DNA of 42,415 nucleotides from a virus: IMG/VR virus record IMGVR_UViG_3300045988_044581, positions 1 to 42,415 of that record; one strand, 5' to 3'. Shown piece by piece: positions 1 to 8,868 of this stretch (position 1 is its first letter; each line of letters starts with the position of its first letter). The notes under the pieces were generated by a model. It saw only the letters and a program-made list of their open reading frames with translations, ran no database searches and was not told where the DNA came from. The position numbers and the translations under genes were made by a program.

Positions 1-119
1 CCGTGTAGTAAAGACTGTGCGGAGCGGTCGGCATCGTGCCACTGCTCCTGTACAGCTTATCAAGAGTATTACAAAGCCAATGCAGCCAAGCGAGAAGAAG
101 TATCACGGCAGAAGGCACG
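1..119. repeat. Left copy of 119-bp terminal direct repeat, identical to 42297-42415. Circular-closure overlap; unique genome 42,296 bp
   Basis: Both ends read base by base, 119/119 identical. Reading frames continue across the junction. Confidence 0.95.
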
Positions 120-192
120 CTACATGGATATTACAGGGGAAAGGATGGAAGCCGGGAAAAGGATAGCCCGGAGGAACGGGGGAAGGCGGTGA
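1..192 (+). CDS. Small Cys-rich protein, 3' part. The gene starts at 42288 and crosses the circular junction; 66 aa in total
   Basis: Frame 1 is open from base 1 to TGA 190-192. Product is MRSPCSKDCAERSASCHCSCTAYQEYYKANAAKREE... ATG 42288 overlaps the TGA of the upstream gene (ATGA). The ORF is missing from the track because linearisation splits it. Confidence 0.6.
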   Translation, partial: PCSKDCAERSASCHCSCTAYQEYYKANAAKREEVSRQKARYMDITGERMEAGKRIARRNGGRR

Positions 193-488
193 GCGCTCCG
201 AAATACAGATATTACTTTGAGGCAAGAAAAAGGATTCTTGGATACAAGGAAGGCCGAAAGCCTGCAGGTGTGATTGGCTTTATCTACGATCACGCTATCG
301 AGCTGGCATTGAGCGACGTGGACAAAATGCCTGATGCAGAAGCACGCAGAAAGATTATTGATTATGTCCTTATGCACGGCGGTTCTGTAGATGCTGCATC
401 TATCAAGTACCACTATTCTTGCCGGTCTGTAAGCAGGATAATCGCGCACTTTATGGGCCTCGTGATCCATTATGTAAACGCTGAATAA
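189..488 (+). CDS. Sigma-70 region-4-like (RinA/ArpU-like) HTH protein, putative late-gene activator
   Basis: The C-terminal ARRKIIDYVLMHGGSVDAASIKYHYSCRSVSRIIAHF segment looks like an HTH. GTG 189 overlaps the previous stop (GTGA). The gene sits just upstream of the terminase genes. The track start at 36 is judged too long. Confidence 0.5.
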   Translation: MSAPKYRYYFEARKRILGYKEGRKPAGVIGFIYDHAIELALSDVDKMPDAEARRKIIDYVLMHGGSVDAASIKYHYSCRSVSRIIAHFMGLVIHYVNAE

Positions 489-578
489 TGGCGAGCATGG
501 GCCTACACGGGTGAAATAATTATTACGATGGCAAAAGCCATTGACGACCTCCTCCATGTGACCCTTTCTGTGGGAGGT

Positions 579-638
579 GCATCCGTAGCTCAGAAGGCCA
601 GAGCATGAATGTCGCCGGTTCGAGTCCGGTCGGATGCA
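579..638 (+). ncRNA. tRNA-like element lacking an anticodon arm (60 nt); truncated tRNA or tRNA mimic
   Basis: Perfect 7-bp acceptor stem GCATCCG/CGGATGC. D-arm GCTC-AGAAGGCCA-GAGC. T-arm GCCGG-TTCGAGT-CCGGT. Only 9 nt (ATGAATGTC) where about 22 nt of anticodon arm plus variable loop should be. Confidence 0.7.
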
Positions 639-732
639 ATTTGATCGATATGGGAAGTAGGAAGTGGAACATCAAAAAGCAAATGAATGGGAGCGGCAGA
701 GTGTGATAAGGAAGTTGTGTGGAGCTTAGGGT

Positions 733-1200
733 ATGGCAAAGGGTAAGTACAAAAAATGGCTAGAGCCAGACAACCTTCTACGCGTCACCGGATGGCTTCG
801 GGACGGCCACACAGATAAAGAAGTAGCCGAGAATTTCATCGGGATAAGCGAGACCACTTTTTATAGCTGGATGCAAAGCTATCCGGAGTTTTCGGAGTCA
901 GTAAAAAAGGGTAAGGCACCGATCGCGGAAGAAATTGAAAGCACTTTTTATGACCGGTGTAAATTTCAGGACTATGAAGAAGTCACAGAGGAAATTGTAG
1001 AAAAGGGAGACGGCACCAAAGAGAGACACATAAAGAGGGTAAAGAAGAAGCTCCCGCCGTCTGATGCGTGTCTGATCTTTGCACTGAAAAACCTCAAGAA
1101 AAGCAAATGGCAGGATAGGCCGGTACCGGATGCAGACAGCAACAAGTTGCTTGCTGAAGTGAAAGAGCTACTACAGGGGGTAGAAAGTGCCGTGGACTGA
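733..1200 (+). CDS. terS: Terminase small subunit
   Basis: N-terminal HTH-like TDKEVAENFIGISETTFYSWMQSYPEF. Basic C-terminus. Lies immediately upstream of terL and overlaps it. Confidence 0.8.
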   Translation: MAKGKYKKWLEPDNLLRVTGWLRDGHTDKEVAENFIGISETTFYSWMQSYPEFSESVKKGKAPIAEEIESTFYDRCKFQDYEEVTEEIVEKGDGTKERHIKRVKKKLPPSDACLIFALKNLKKSKWQDRPVPDADSNKLLAEVKELLQGVESAVD

Positions 1201-2401
1201 GAAACAGCTTGAATACAACCTGCACTGTAACCACAGGTGGAATATCAAGACAGGCGCAACCGGATCGGGAAAGAGTTTTTTAGACTACACCTTGATAATC
1301 CCAAAGCGAATATGTGCACTGAAAGGCGAAGGCCTTGCGGTGCTTTTAGGCAATACGCGAGGCACGTTTGAGCGCAACATTTTATCACCGATGCGTGACA
1401 GATACGGCACGGAGCTGGTAGGCAATATCAGGGCAGACAACACTGTCAGACTTTTCGGGCATACGGTATATGCACTTGGCGCGGACAATAAAAAGCGTGT
1501 AGAGAAGATACAGGGCTCAACAATTGAGTATGCGTATGGCGATGAGATAACGACATGGGATCAGGAAGTGTTCGAAATGCTCAAGTCTCGATTGAGAACG
1601 GAGCACTCGCACTTTGACGGAACCTGCAACCCGGCAAACCCGCAGCACTGGTTCAAGAAATTCCTTGATTCTGATGCAGACATATACCAACAGAGCTACT
1701 GCATAGATGACGGGTGCCTGCCTCCAAAGGTTGTGGAAGAGCTAAAAAAGGAGTACGCGGGCACATTCCGATACAAGCGCTATATCTTAGGGCTCTGGGC
1801 GATGGCAGAGGGAATCATATATGGTGACTGCTTCAATGACAGCAATATCTTAGATACTGAGCCGGGCACAGCTGGAGATTACTATGTGTCGAGCGACTAC
1901 GGTATACAAAACGCGACGGTGTTTCTTCTGTGGCGCTTCTCTCCGTCATTAAACGCATGGGTGTGCTTGGACGAATATTACTACTCTGGACGAGACGAAC
2001 GCAGGCAGAAGACCGTTTCGGAGCTTGTAGATGGATATGAGGAGCTTACACAGGGCAGAGAAATTAAGCAGACGATTGTAGACCCTTCTGCAGCGGCCTT
2101 GATTGTGGAGCTCCGGAAGAGAGGGCACCGGACACGGCAGGCAGACAACGATGTTTTACCAGGCATCGCAGATGTGCAGACGATGCTAAAAGGCAACCGG
2201 CTTCTGTTTATGCGTCGATGCAAAAACACAATTGATGAATTCGGCGTGTACTCATGGGATGAGCAAGCTGCAGATCGCGGAGAAGACAAGCCAATCAAAG
2301 AAAACGACCACGGCATGGACGCAGTCCGTTATTTTGTCCGGACGATGAAGCTGGTGAAAAAAGAAAAGAAGCCAGAAAGCCGGCAGCTCATATATTTGTA
2401 A
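1187..2401 (+). CDS. terL: Terminase large subunit (PBSX/Terminase_3-like)
   Basis: Walker A motif GATGSGKSF. C-terminal nuclease-like ENDHGMDAVRYF. 404 aa, positioned before the portal gene. Confidence 0.9.
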   Translation: MPWTEKQLEYNLHCNHRWNIKTGATGSGKSFLDYTLIIPKRICALKGEGLAVLLGNTRGTFERNILSPMRDRYGTELVGNIRADNTVRLFGHTVYALGADNKKRVEKIQGSTIEYAYGDEITTWDQEVFEMLKSRLRTEHSHFDGTCNPANPQHWFKKFLDSDADIYQQSYCIDDGCLPPKVVEELKKEYAGTFRYKRYILGLWAMAEGIIYGDCFNDSNILDTEPGTAGDYYVSSDYGIQNATVFLLWRFSPSLNAWVCLDEYYYSGRDERRQKTVSELVDGYEELTQGREIKQTIVDPSAAALIVELRKRGHRTRQADNDVLPGIADVQTMLKGNRLLFMRRCKNTIDEFGVYSWDEQAADRGEDKPIKENDHGMDAVRYFVRTMKLVKKEKKPESRQLIYL

Positions 2402-2415
2402 TGAAAGGGAATTAA

Positions 2416-3945
2416 ATGCTTACATATGACGATCTTGTGAGAACAGGCGAAAACGATATTGCACGCGGGGAGTTCTGCGAGGCTTCCGTGAATCAGTTTT
2501 TTGCATCCAGAGAGTACAGGGATGCGCAGATCGGACAGGCGTACTACTCCAAGCACAATGTGACAATTGAGCAGTATCAGAAAATGATCAGGACGATCAC
2601 GGGAAGGCTTGTACCAGATTACTGGTCAAGCAATTACAAACTGAAAACACTGTTCTTTCGCCGCCTTGTCACGCAGCAGGTTCAGTATGTGCTTGGAAAT
2701 GGCCTCACACTGGAAAAGCCAGAGGACAAGGAGAAGCTTGGGAAAGACTTCGATTACAAGCTGCAGACCATCGCAAAAGAGGCAATGTATGGCGGTGTTG
2801 CTTTCGGCTTCTGGAACTATGACCATTTAGAGGTGTTTTCATACGCGGACAGCCCTTCACAGCCAGGATTCTGCCCCTTAAAGAGTGAGCAGGATGCATC
2901 AGTGCGCGCCGGCATCCGTTTCTGGTTTAAGCAGGTAGGAACCGACACGGTGGCACGCTATACGTTGTACGAAGAAGACGGATACACGGAGTATCAGCGG
3001 ACAGGCTCGGAAGAAGTCAAGGTTCTGCAGGCAAAGCGCGGATACAAGATCAAAGAAAATCGCATTGCGGATGGGACAATCGTAGATATCTGTGAGGAGA
3101 ACTATGGCAGGCTTCCGATTGTGCCGCTGTATGCCAACGACACGCACGAAAGCGAGATTGTAGGTGTGCGGGAAAGCATAGACTGCTATGACATGATCAA
3201 GTCCGGAATGGCCAATGTGATCGATGACACGTCAGAAATCTTCTGGCTCGTACAGAACAGCGGCGGCATGGATGACGTAGACCTTGCGGAACTGCTGCAG
3301 AGGATCAGAAACACTCATTCCGCAGTAGTAGACAGCGACGGCGGCGGCTCCATTACTCCGCAGACGCTCAATGTCCCGACTGATGCACGGCAGGCTATGC
3401 TTGAGATTCTTCGGCAGGATATCTATGAAGACTTCCAGAGTCTTGATGTTAAGACCCTTTCTGCAGCCCAGAAGACCACGCAGGAGATACAGGCAGCTTA
3501 TCAGGCAATGGATAACAAATGTGCAGACTTCGAATATTCCGTGCTCGATTTCGTGCAGAACATCCTCGACATTGCAGGGATTGATGACAACCCTTCCTTC
3601 ATCTGGAATCGGATCGTAAACCAGAAGGAGCAGACGGAAATGATTCTTTCTGCAGCCGATTTTCTTACGGATGAAATGATAATCAAAAAGCTTCCGTTCC
3701 TTACTCCGGAAGAAGCAGAAGAGGTATTGCAGCAGAGAGAACAGGAGCAGCTCGAACAGTACGAAGGAGAAGACGGCGAGGAACCGGAAGACGGCGAGGA
3801 AGGAGAAGGTGACGACGTTTCAGGAGCTATTGATGAAGCATTTGGCGGAGACGATGACGAAGTGACCGCGATGCTTGACGACTTTGAGAAAGAGATTGAC
3901 AGCCTTTTCTCTGGCTCTGGAGACGAGAAAGAGGATGAAGAATGA
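2416..3945 (+). CDS. Portal protein (SPP1 gp6-like)
   Basis: 509 aa, follows terL, with a highly acidic C-terminal tail. Gene order is portal then MuF. Confidence 0.8.
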   Translation: MLTYDDLVRTGENDIARGEFCEASVNQFFASREYRDAQIGQAYYSKHNVTIEQYQKMIRTITGRLVPDYWSSNYKLKTLFFRRLVTQQVQYVLGNGLTLEKPEDKEKLGKDFDYKLQTIAKEAMYGGVAFGFWNYDHLEVFSYADSPSQPGFCPLKSEQDASVRAGIRFWFKQVGTDTVARYTLYEEDGYTEYQRTGSEEVKVLQAKRGYKIKENRIADGTIVDICEENYGRLPIVPLYANDTHESEIVGVRESIDCYDMIKSGMANVIDDTSEIFWLVQNSGGMDDVDLAELLQRIRNTHSAVVDSDGGGSITPQTLNVPTDARQAMLEILRQDIYEDFQSLDVKTLSAAQKTTQEIQAAYQAMDNKCADFEYSVLDFVQNILDIAGIDDNPSFIWNRIVNQKEQTEMILSAADFLTDEMIIKKLPFLTPEEAEEVLQQREQEQLEQYEGEDGEEPEDGEEGEGDDVSGAIDEAFGGDDDEVTAMLDDFEKEIDSLFSGSGDEKEDEE

Positions 3946-4424
3946 GCAGGACGAGAAAGAAAAGCGGAGGTTATTCCTCCAAGTACTACGACCCGGACAA
4001 AGCTCATGCGTACTATATGGCCAACCGGAAGCTCAAAGGGCGCACATCCACAAAAGGGATGAGCCAGAAGCAGAAAGAGGCACTCAAGTACATCAAAGAG
4101 CAGCTCAAAGAAGAAAAGAAGAAAGTAATTGCTGATACAAAAAAAGTCCTTGATGGCCAGATCAAGACACTGCGTCAGACTATCAAAGACGAAATAGCAA
4201 GGATGCGCGAAGCTAAGAACGCTGCGCTCAAAGGCACGAAGGACAAAGCAGAAAAGCAGAGAATCCGGGACGAATACAATGCCAAAAGCAAAGCACTTCG
4301 AGAGCAGATGAAGGGACAGATCAGCAAAGCAAGAAGCGCATACAAGGACTTTAAGACAAAGCTGAAAGATTATTACAAAGAGAAGTACAACCAGGAATAC
4401 GACAATGTGAAGGCGAAGATGTAA
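3942..4424 (+). CDS. Lys-rich coiled-coil hypothetical protein
   Basis: ATGA overlap with the portal stop. 160 aa, K/E-rich helical sequence. Confidence 0.6.
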   Translation: MSRTRKKSGGYSSKYYDPDKAHAYYMANRKLKGRTSTKGMSQKQKEALKYIKEQLKEEKKKVIADTKKVLDGQIKTLRQTIKDEIARMREAKNAALKGTKDKAEKQRIRDEYNAKSKALREQMKGQISKARSAYKDFKTKLKDYYKEKYNQEYDNVKAKM

Positions 4425-5764
4425 TGGCATACTATTCCGACATTGAGACAGACAAGCGGCTTGCAGAGCTCGAAAAGAAGATCGCGAAGGAGTACCGCGC
4501 GGCAAATAAAGACCTGACAAGGACGGCACAGGAATACTTCGAGAAATTCGAGAAGCGCTATAAAAAAGAGTATGCCGCTTATCAGGACGGGAAGTATACA
4601 AAAGCTCAGTTTGACGCATGGGTGAAGGCGCAGGTTATGCGCGGCGAGCACTGGCAGCACCTTAGAGACCAAGCTGCAGAAAGGCTGACGCACACAAACA
4701 CGATTGCCGCTGCATACATCAACAACGACATGCCTTCCATCTGGACACTTAACTTTAACTATGAGGGGTACCGGGCAGAACAAGAGCTGCGCGGTATCTC
4801 TTTTGATATTGCGGACGAGTGGACAGTAAGACGGCTCATGACCGAGGAACCGGACTTACTGCCTACACTGCCGCCAGAGAAAGCAATCAACATCCCAAAG
4901 GATCAGCTATGGAACCGCAGGAAAATAACACAGTCGGTCAATGCTGCCATCATACGCGGGCAAGGTGTCTCTGAGCTTGCAAAATCTTTTGAACACGTTG
5001 TTGGCATGAACCGCACGTCTGCAATCAGAAACGCAAGGACAGCTTATACAGGAGCACAGAATGGAGGCAGGCAGCAGAGTTACGAAGCACTTGCTGCAAT
5101 GGGGGTTAAAGTAGAAAAGCAGTGGATTGCTACACTTGACGGAGCTACAAGACCTAGCCACATGCGGCTTGACGGTGAAATCGTGCCGTATAAAGACACC
5201 TTTTCTAATGGGCTGGAGTATCCGGGCGACTCGGCAGGCCCTCCCGCAGAGGTGTACAACTGCCGCTGCACCATGAAGGCAATCCTTGACGGGAACCGGA
5301 ACGCCACAAGAACAAGAAGAGCGAGGGATGAGAACGGAGAAAACAAGATTGTCGAGAATATGACCTATACCGGTCAAGAAAGAACAGTAAGCTATCAGAG
5401 GTGGATTGATCATAAAAACGAAAAAATGATGCAATCTTATGTTGACAGCGCCGAATGTATTACAACGCCAAAAAAGTATACAGAATACTTTTTAAAGGAT
5501 GGAACGTCACACAGCAGGGAATTTTTTGACGTTGGATATTCTGCGAAAGATGATTTAATATTAAGATATGACATGGCAAAGCAGTTTAACATATCCAAGG
5601 GTGTTGAAAAAAGAATAACAGAAGATGGCGCAGATGAAATGAATATATACATGCAGCTTGGAATAACAAAAGCAAGAACATTCAGAACGTCTTGGAGAAA
5701 AGACGCAGGAACAGACAGATATCGCATTATTACAGCATATAGGTTTAAGGTGAAGAAAAAATGA
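4424..5764 (+). CDS. MuF / SPP1 gp7-like head morphogenesis protein with an extra C-terminal domain (DUF6883-like)
   Basis: MuF signature ATLDGATRPSHMRLDGEIVP...YNCRCTM. About 120 further residues follow: KKYTEYFLKDGTSHSREFFDVGYSAKD...RYRIITAYRF. Confidence 0.8.
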   Translation: MAYYSDIETDKRLAELEKKIAKEYRAANKDLTRTAQEYFEKFEKRYKKEYAAYQDGKYTKAQFDAWVKAQVMRGEHWQHLRDQAAERLTHTNTIAAAYINNDMPSIWTLNFNYEGYRAEQELRGISFDIADEWTVRRLMTEEPDLLPTLPPEKAINIPKDQLWNRRKITQSVNAAIIRGQGVSELAKSFEHVVGMNRTSAIRNARTAYTGAQNGGRQQSYEALAAMGVKVEKQWIATLDGATRPSHMRLDGEIVPYKDTFSNGLEYPGDSAGPPAEVYNCRCTMKAILDGNRNATRTRRARDENGENKIVENMTYTGQERTVSYQRWIDHKNEKMMQSYVDSAECITTPKKYTEYFLKDGTSHSREFFDVGYSAKDDLILRYDMAKQFNISKGVEKRITEDGADEMNIYMQLGITKARTFRTSWRKDAGTDRYRIITAYRFKVKKK

Positions 5765-5934
5765 GCATAAAGGAATATGATAAAGTTATTATGCCAGATG
5801 GTAAAATCGGAACGCTGGTAGACGTTTATGCAGACGGGACGAAAGGCGTTGTTGAAGATTTGAAAGAAACAAACGGAATATATCAACTGTATGACGTCAT
5901 GATTAGTGACCTTAGAGAAGCTGTCAATGTCTGA
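5761..5934 (+). CDS. Small partner protein (DUF4926-like, 57 aa), possible immunity/antidote to the MuF C-terminal domain
   Basis: ATGA overlap with the MuF stop. Product is MSIKEYDKVIMPDGKIGTLVDVYADGTKGVVEDL... Below the ORF-track length cutoff. Confidence 0.6.
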   Translation: MSIKEYDKVIMPDGKIGTLVDVYADGTKGVVEDLKETNGIYQLYDVMISDLREAVNV

Positions 5935-6337
5935 TAATGTGAAGATCGAGATCAAGCTAGACAATCGCCAAAAGGTAAAAGGGCTGATAAAGACGCAGCT
6001 ACTTCTTGCGCTGGAAAAGTGTGGGATGGTCTGCGAAGGGTATGCAAAGGACTTGTGCCCTGCAAAGACTGGGGCACTTAGAAATAGCATTACGCATAAT
6101 CTTGCAGAAAGCGAAAAGGCCGTATATATAGGCTCTAACCTCGAGTATGCTCCGTATGTAGAGCTTGGCACCGGAAAATATTATAAAGGTGGAAGACGCA
6201 CAAAATGGAGATATCAAGATGATGATGGAAACTGGCATACAACCGAAGGCCAGAAACCGCAACCATATCTCAAGCCTGCAGCCGCCGATCATCTCGACGA
6301 ATACAGGAAAATAATCAAAAGCACTCTTGAGAAATAG
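5927..6337 (+). CDS. HK97 gp10-family phage protein
   Basis: Motifs PAKTGALRNSI and LEYAPYVELGTG. Start trimmed to ATG 5927 (MSDNVKIEI). Confidence 0.65.
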   Translation: MSDNVKIEIKLDNRQKVKGLIKTQLLLALEKCGMVCEGYAKDLCPAKTGALRNSITHNLAESEKAVYIGSNLEYAPYVELGTGKYYKGGRRTKWRYQDDDGNWHTTEGQKPQPYLKPAAADHLDEYRKIIKSTLEK

Positions 6338-6355
6338 AATATAAAGATAACTACT

Positions 6356-6384
6356 AGCCCCGGCAGAAATGCCAGGGCTTTTTT
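6356..6384 (+). terminator. Intrinsic terminator
   Basis: AGCCCCGGCA-GAAA-TGCCAGGGCT hairpin (one mismatch) followed by TTTTTT. Confidence 0.7.
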
Positions 6385-6497
6385 GTTGTGCAAAGTTGGC
6401 GAGCCGTGGCCTAAAAAACACGGAAAATTAACTGTAGCAGGCGCGAAGGAATGCACCGGCTAAAGGCGAAGAACAGCTTAAAGGAGGAGCCGAAGGA

Positions 6498-7109
6498 ATG
6501 GCACTGAAACGCAAGGATGTCCGTGCACTCTTTGAGGATGCGGATACATCGACCGAAGAAAAGGTCGCAAAACTGATGGCAATGCATATCGAGACCGTGG
6601 ACGGCTTAAAGGATGAAATCGCAACACTCAAAGCCGACTCGGAGAAGCTGAAAGACACTCAGCAGAAATTGAGCGAGCTCGAAGCACAGCAGGACAAGAG
6701 CAAGGGCTGGGAGGATAAGTATAAGGCCGAGCATACCGCGTTCGAGTCCTATAAAGCAGAGCAGACCAAGGCGAAGAACAAGGCCGCAAAGCTCGAGGCA
6801 TACAAGCCGATTCTGAAAGAAGCAGGAATCAGCGACAGTATCGCCAAGCTGATTATTGCGGCATCTGACGACATTGTAGACGGCATCCAGATCGAAGACG
6901 GAAACGTCAAAGACAAGGATGCAGTTACAAAGACCGTCAAGGAACGCTTTGCTGACTACATCGGAATGTCAGGCACAAAGGGAGCAAGCACCCAGACACC
7001 GCCCGGCAACTCCGGAGGAAAGATGACCAAAGAAGAGATCATGAAAATCAAAGATACGGCAGACCGCCAGAAGGCGATTGCTGAAAATCATGAGCTCTTC
7101 GGATTTTAA
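6498..7109 (+). CDS. Capsid scaffolding protein (GP20-like)
   Basis: Coiled-coil, acidic and K-rich, 203 aa, directly upstream of the major capsid gene. RBS AAAGGAGG. Confidence 0.75.
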   Translation: MALKRKDVRALFEDADTSTEEKVAKLMAMHIETVDGLKDEIATLKADSEKLKDTQQKLSELEAQQDKSKGWEDKYKAEHTAFESYKAEQTKAKNKAAKLEAYKPILKEAGISDSIAKLIIAASDDIVDGIQIEDGNVKDKDAVTKTVKERFADYIGMSGTKGASTQTPPGNSGGKMTKEEIMKIKDTADRQKAIAENHELFGF

Positions 7110-7126
7110 AGAAAAGGAGCAAGTAA

Positions 7127-8092
7127 ATGCCAGCATTAGCGAATTTAACTACACAGGCACAGATCACTGTTACGACCCGCGAGGTTGATTTCGTCACAAG
7201 ATTCAGCAAGAACTGGGACGCGCTCAGAACAATCATCGGTATCACCAGACCGATCCGCAAGACACCCGGAACGAAGCTCGTTTCTTATGAGGCAGAGATG
7301 GATGGAAGCCTGCAGGGCGGCACCACTGTAGCAGAGGGCGACGTGATCCCGTTCACCAAGTTCAAAGTGAAGGAAGTGGGTTATGGAGACATTGAAGTTG
7401 CCAAATATGCAAAGTCCGTATCCATCGAGGCGGTGCAGAAGTACGGCGCAGAGATCGCTGTAGAGAAGACTGACGAGCAGTTTCTTGTAGAGCTGCAGAA
7501 CAAGACTCTTAGCGACTTCTACACCTTTCTCAAGACCGGAACGCTTCAGGGGTCGCAGACCACTTGGCAGAAGGCTCTTGCAATCGCAAAGGGTGCTGTG
7601 GTCAACAAGTTTTCAGCAATGAATCGAACCGTCACTGAGGTGGTAGGCTTCGCCAACATCATGGACCTGTATTCATATGTTGGCGCTGCAGATATCACCG
7701 TACAGACCGCTTTCGGCCTGCAGTATATCCAGAATTTCCTCGGCTACAAGACGCTCTTCCTGCTTCCTGCCGAGTACATCCCGGAGAAGACCGTTATTGC
7801 TCTGCCGGTTGAGAACATCGATCTGTACTATGTAGACCCTTCCGACAGCGACTTCGCAAAGATGGGACTGCAGTACACCGTAGACGGGGAAACAAACCTC
7901 ATCGGCTTCCACGTAGAAGGCGACTACACCAGAGCTACGGGCAACTCTTTCGCGATCATGGGAATGAAGCTGTGGGCTGAGTATCTGGACGGAATCGCAG
8001 TCGTCACCGTAGGCGAGACGGACAAGAATCCGGAGGTCGCAGCACAGGCCAGTGAAGCAGAGCAGACCAGTGACGCAGAAGTAAAGGGATAA
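7127..8092 (+). CDS. Major capsid protein
   Basis: 321 aa, follows the scaffold gene, strong RBS. Size and position are typical of an SPP1 gp13-like capsid protein. Confidence 0.8.
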   Translation: MPALANLTTQAQITVTTREVDFVTRFSKNWDALRTIIGITRPIRKTPGTKLVSYEAEMDGSLQGGTTVAEGDVIPFTKFKVKEVGYGDIEVAKYAKSVSIEAVQKYGAEIAVEKTDEQFLVELQNKTLSDFYTFLKTGTLQGSQTTWQKALAIAKGAVVNKFSAMNRTVTEVVGFANIMDLYSYVGAADITVQTAFGLQYIQNFLGYKTLFLLPAEYIPEKTVIALPVENIDLYYVDPSDSDFAKMGLQYTVDGETNLIGFHVEGDYTRATGNSFAIMGMKLWAEYLDGIAVVTVGETDKNPEVAAQASEAEQTSDAEVKG

Positions 8093-8110
8093 GTAACAGG
8101 GAGGTCTTAA

Positions 8111-8521
8111 ATGCTGTACGAAATCATGCGGTACATCCGGAATTTTTTCACGGCTCCCAACGGATACCACGATGGGACGTATGAGATTACGGGCGGCACG
8201 ATAGACCTCCCGTTTTTATCACCCGGTGATTATTTCCTCGTAGAAGGATCATCGCGAAACGATGGAGTTTATCAGTACCCGGCGCTGGATATGAGAGACG
8301 AAACCTTTACAGGGACAATCACCGAGCTGCATCCACCTCTTGCGTTTCTCGATCTTGTCGCAGAAATCAAGGCGTATCAGCTCAAGAATGGAGCGCAGGG
8401 CCCGTATCAAAGCGAATCCTTCGGCGGCTACTCTTACACAAGAGCGACCGACAAGAACGGAAATGCGGCGAGCTGGAAGAATGCCTTCGGCTCCCGATTG
8501 GCTACATGGAGGAAAATATGA
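8111..8521 (+). CDS. Putative head-tail connector protein
   Basis: 136 aa. Assigned from its position between the capsid and head-closure genes. Confidence 0.5.
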   Translation: MLYEIMRYIRNFFTAPNGYHDGTYEITGGTIDLPFLSPGDYFLVEGSSRNDGVYQYPALDMRDETFTGTITELHPPLAFLDLVAEIKAYQLKNGAQGPYQSESFGGYSYTRATDKNGNAASWKNAFGSRLATWRKI

Positions 8522-8868
8522 GCCTTTTAGATTCCATGATGGAGAAGTGCACAATTATCGACCGGAAGACAGAGCCAGACGGTGAGGGCGGCTATAACGT
8601 AGTGTGGCAGGACGGGGCAACAATTGATGCTGCTATCGTCCATAACTCTTCGATGGAAGCACAAATTGCAGAGAAGCAGGGCGTGACAAGCGTCTATACC
8701 GTCACAACGCCCCGCGCTGTGCTTCTTGAGTATCACACAGCGATTAGACGTAATAGCGACGGGAAAATTTTCCGCGTTACGAGTGATCCGGAGGACATCA
8801 AAAGCCCTGCGGTATCTTCGCTTGATATACGACAGGTTACAGCCGAGAAATGGAGCCTTCCGTCATGA
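8518..8868 (+). CDS. Head closure / head-tail adaptor protein
   Basis: ATGA coupling. The segment DRKTEPDGEGGYNVVWQDGATIDAAIV is typical of head-tail joining proteins. Confidence 0.6.
   Translation: MSLLDSMMEKCTIIDRKTEPDGEGGYNVVWQDGATIDAAIVHNSSMEAQIAEKQGVTSVYTVTTPRAVLLEYHTAIRRNSDGKIFRVTSDPEDIKSPAVSSLDIRQVTAEKWSLPS

Noticed and set aside
36-188. N-terminal extension of track ORF 36..488
   Set aside because: It overlaps the better-supported junction-spanning frame-1 ORF. GTG 189 with GTGA coupling is the more plausible start.
3501-4619. 372-aa minus-strand ORF
   Set aside because: It is antisense to the portal C-terminus, the Lys-rich gene and the MuF start. Its Ser/Leu-rich low-complexity product is the mirror of the GA-rich sense codons, and it has no RBS.
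5437-6171. 244-aa minus-strand ORF
   Set aside because: It lies in the AT-rich region antisense to the MuF C-domain, the partner ORF and the gp10-like gene. Its Phe/Ser/Ile-rich product is typical of an antisense artefact.
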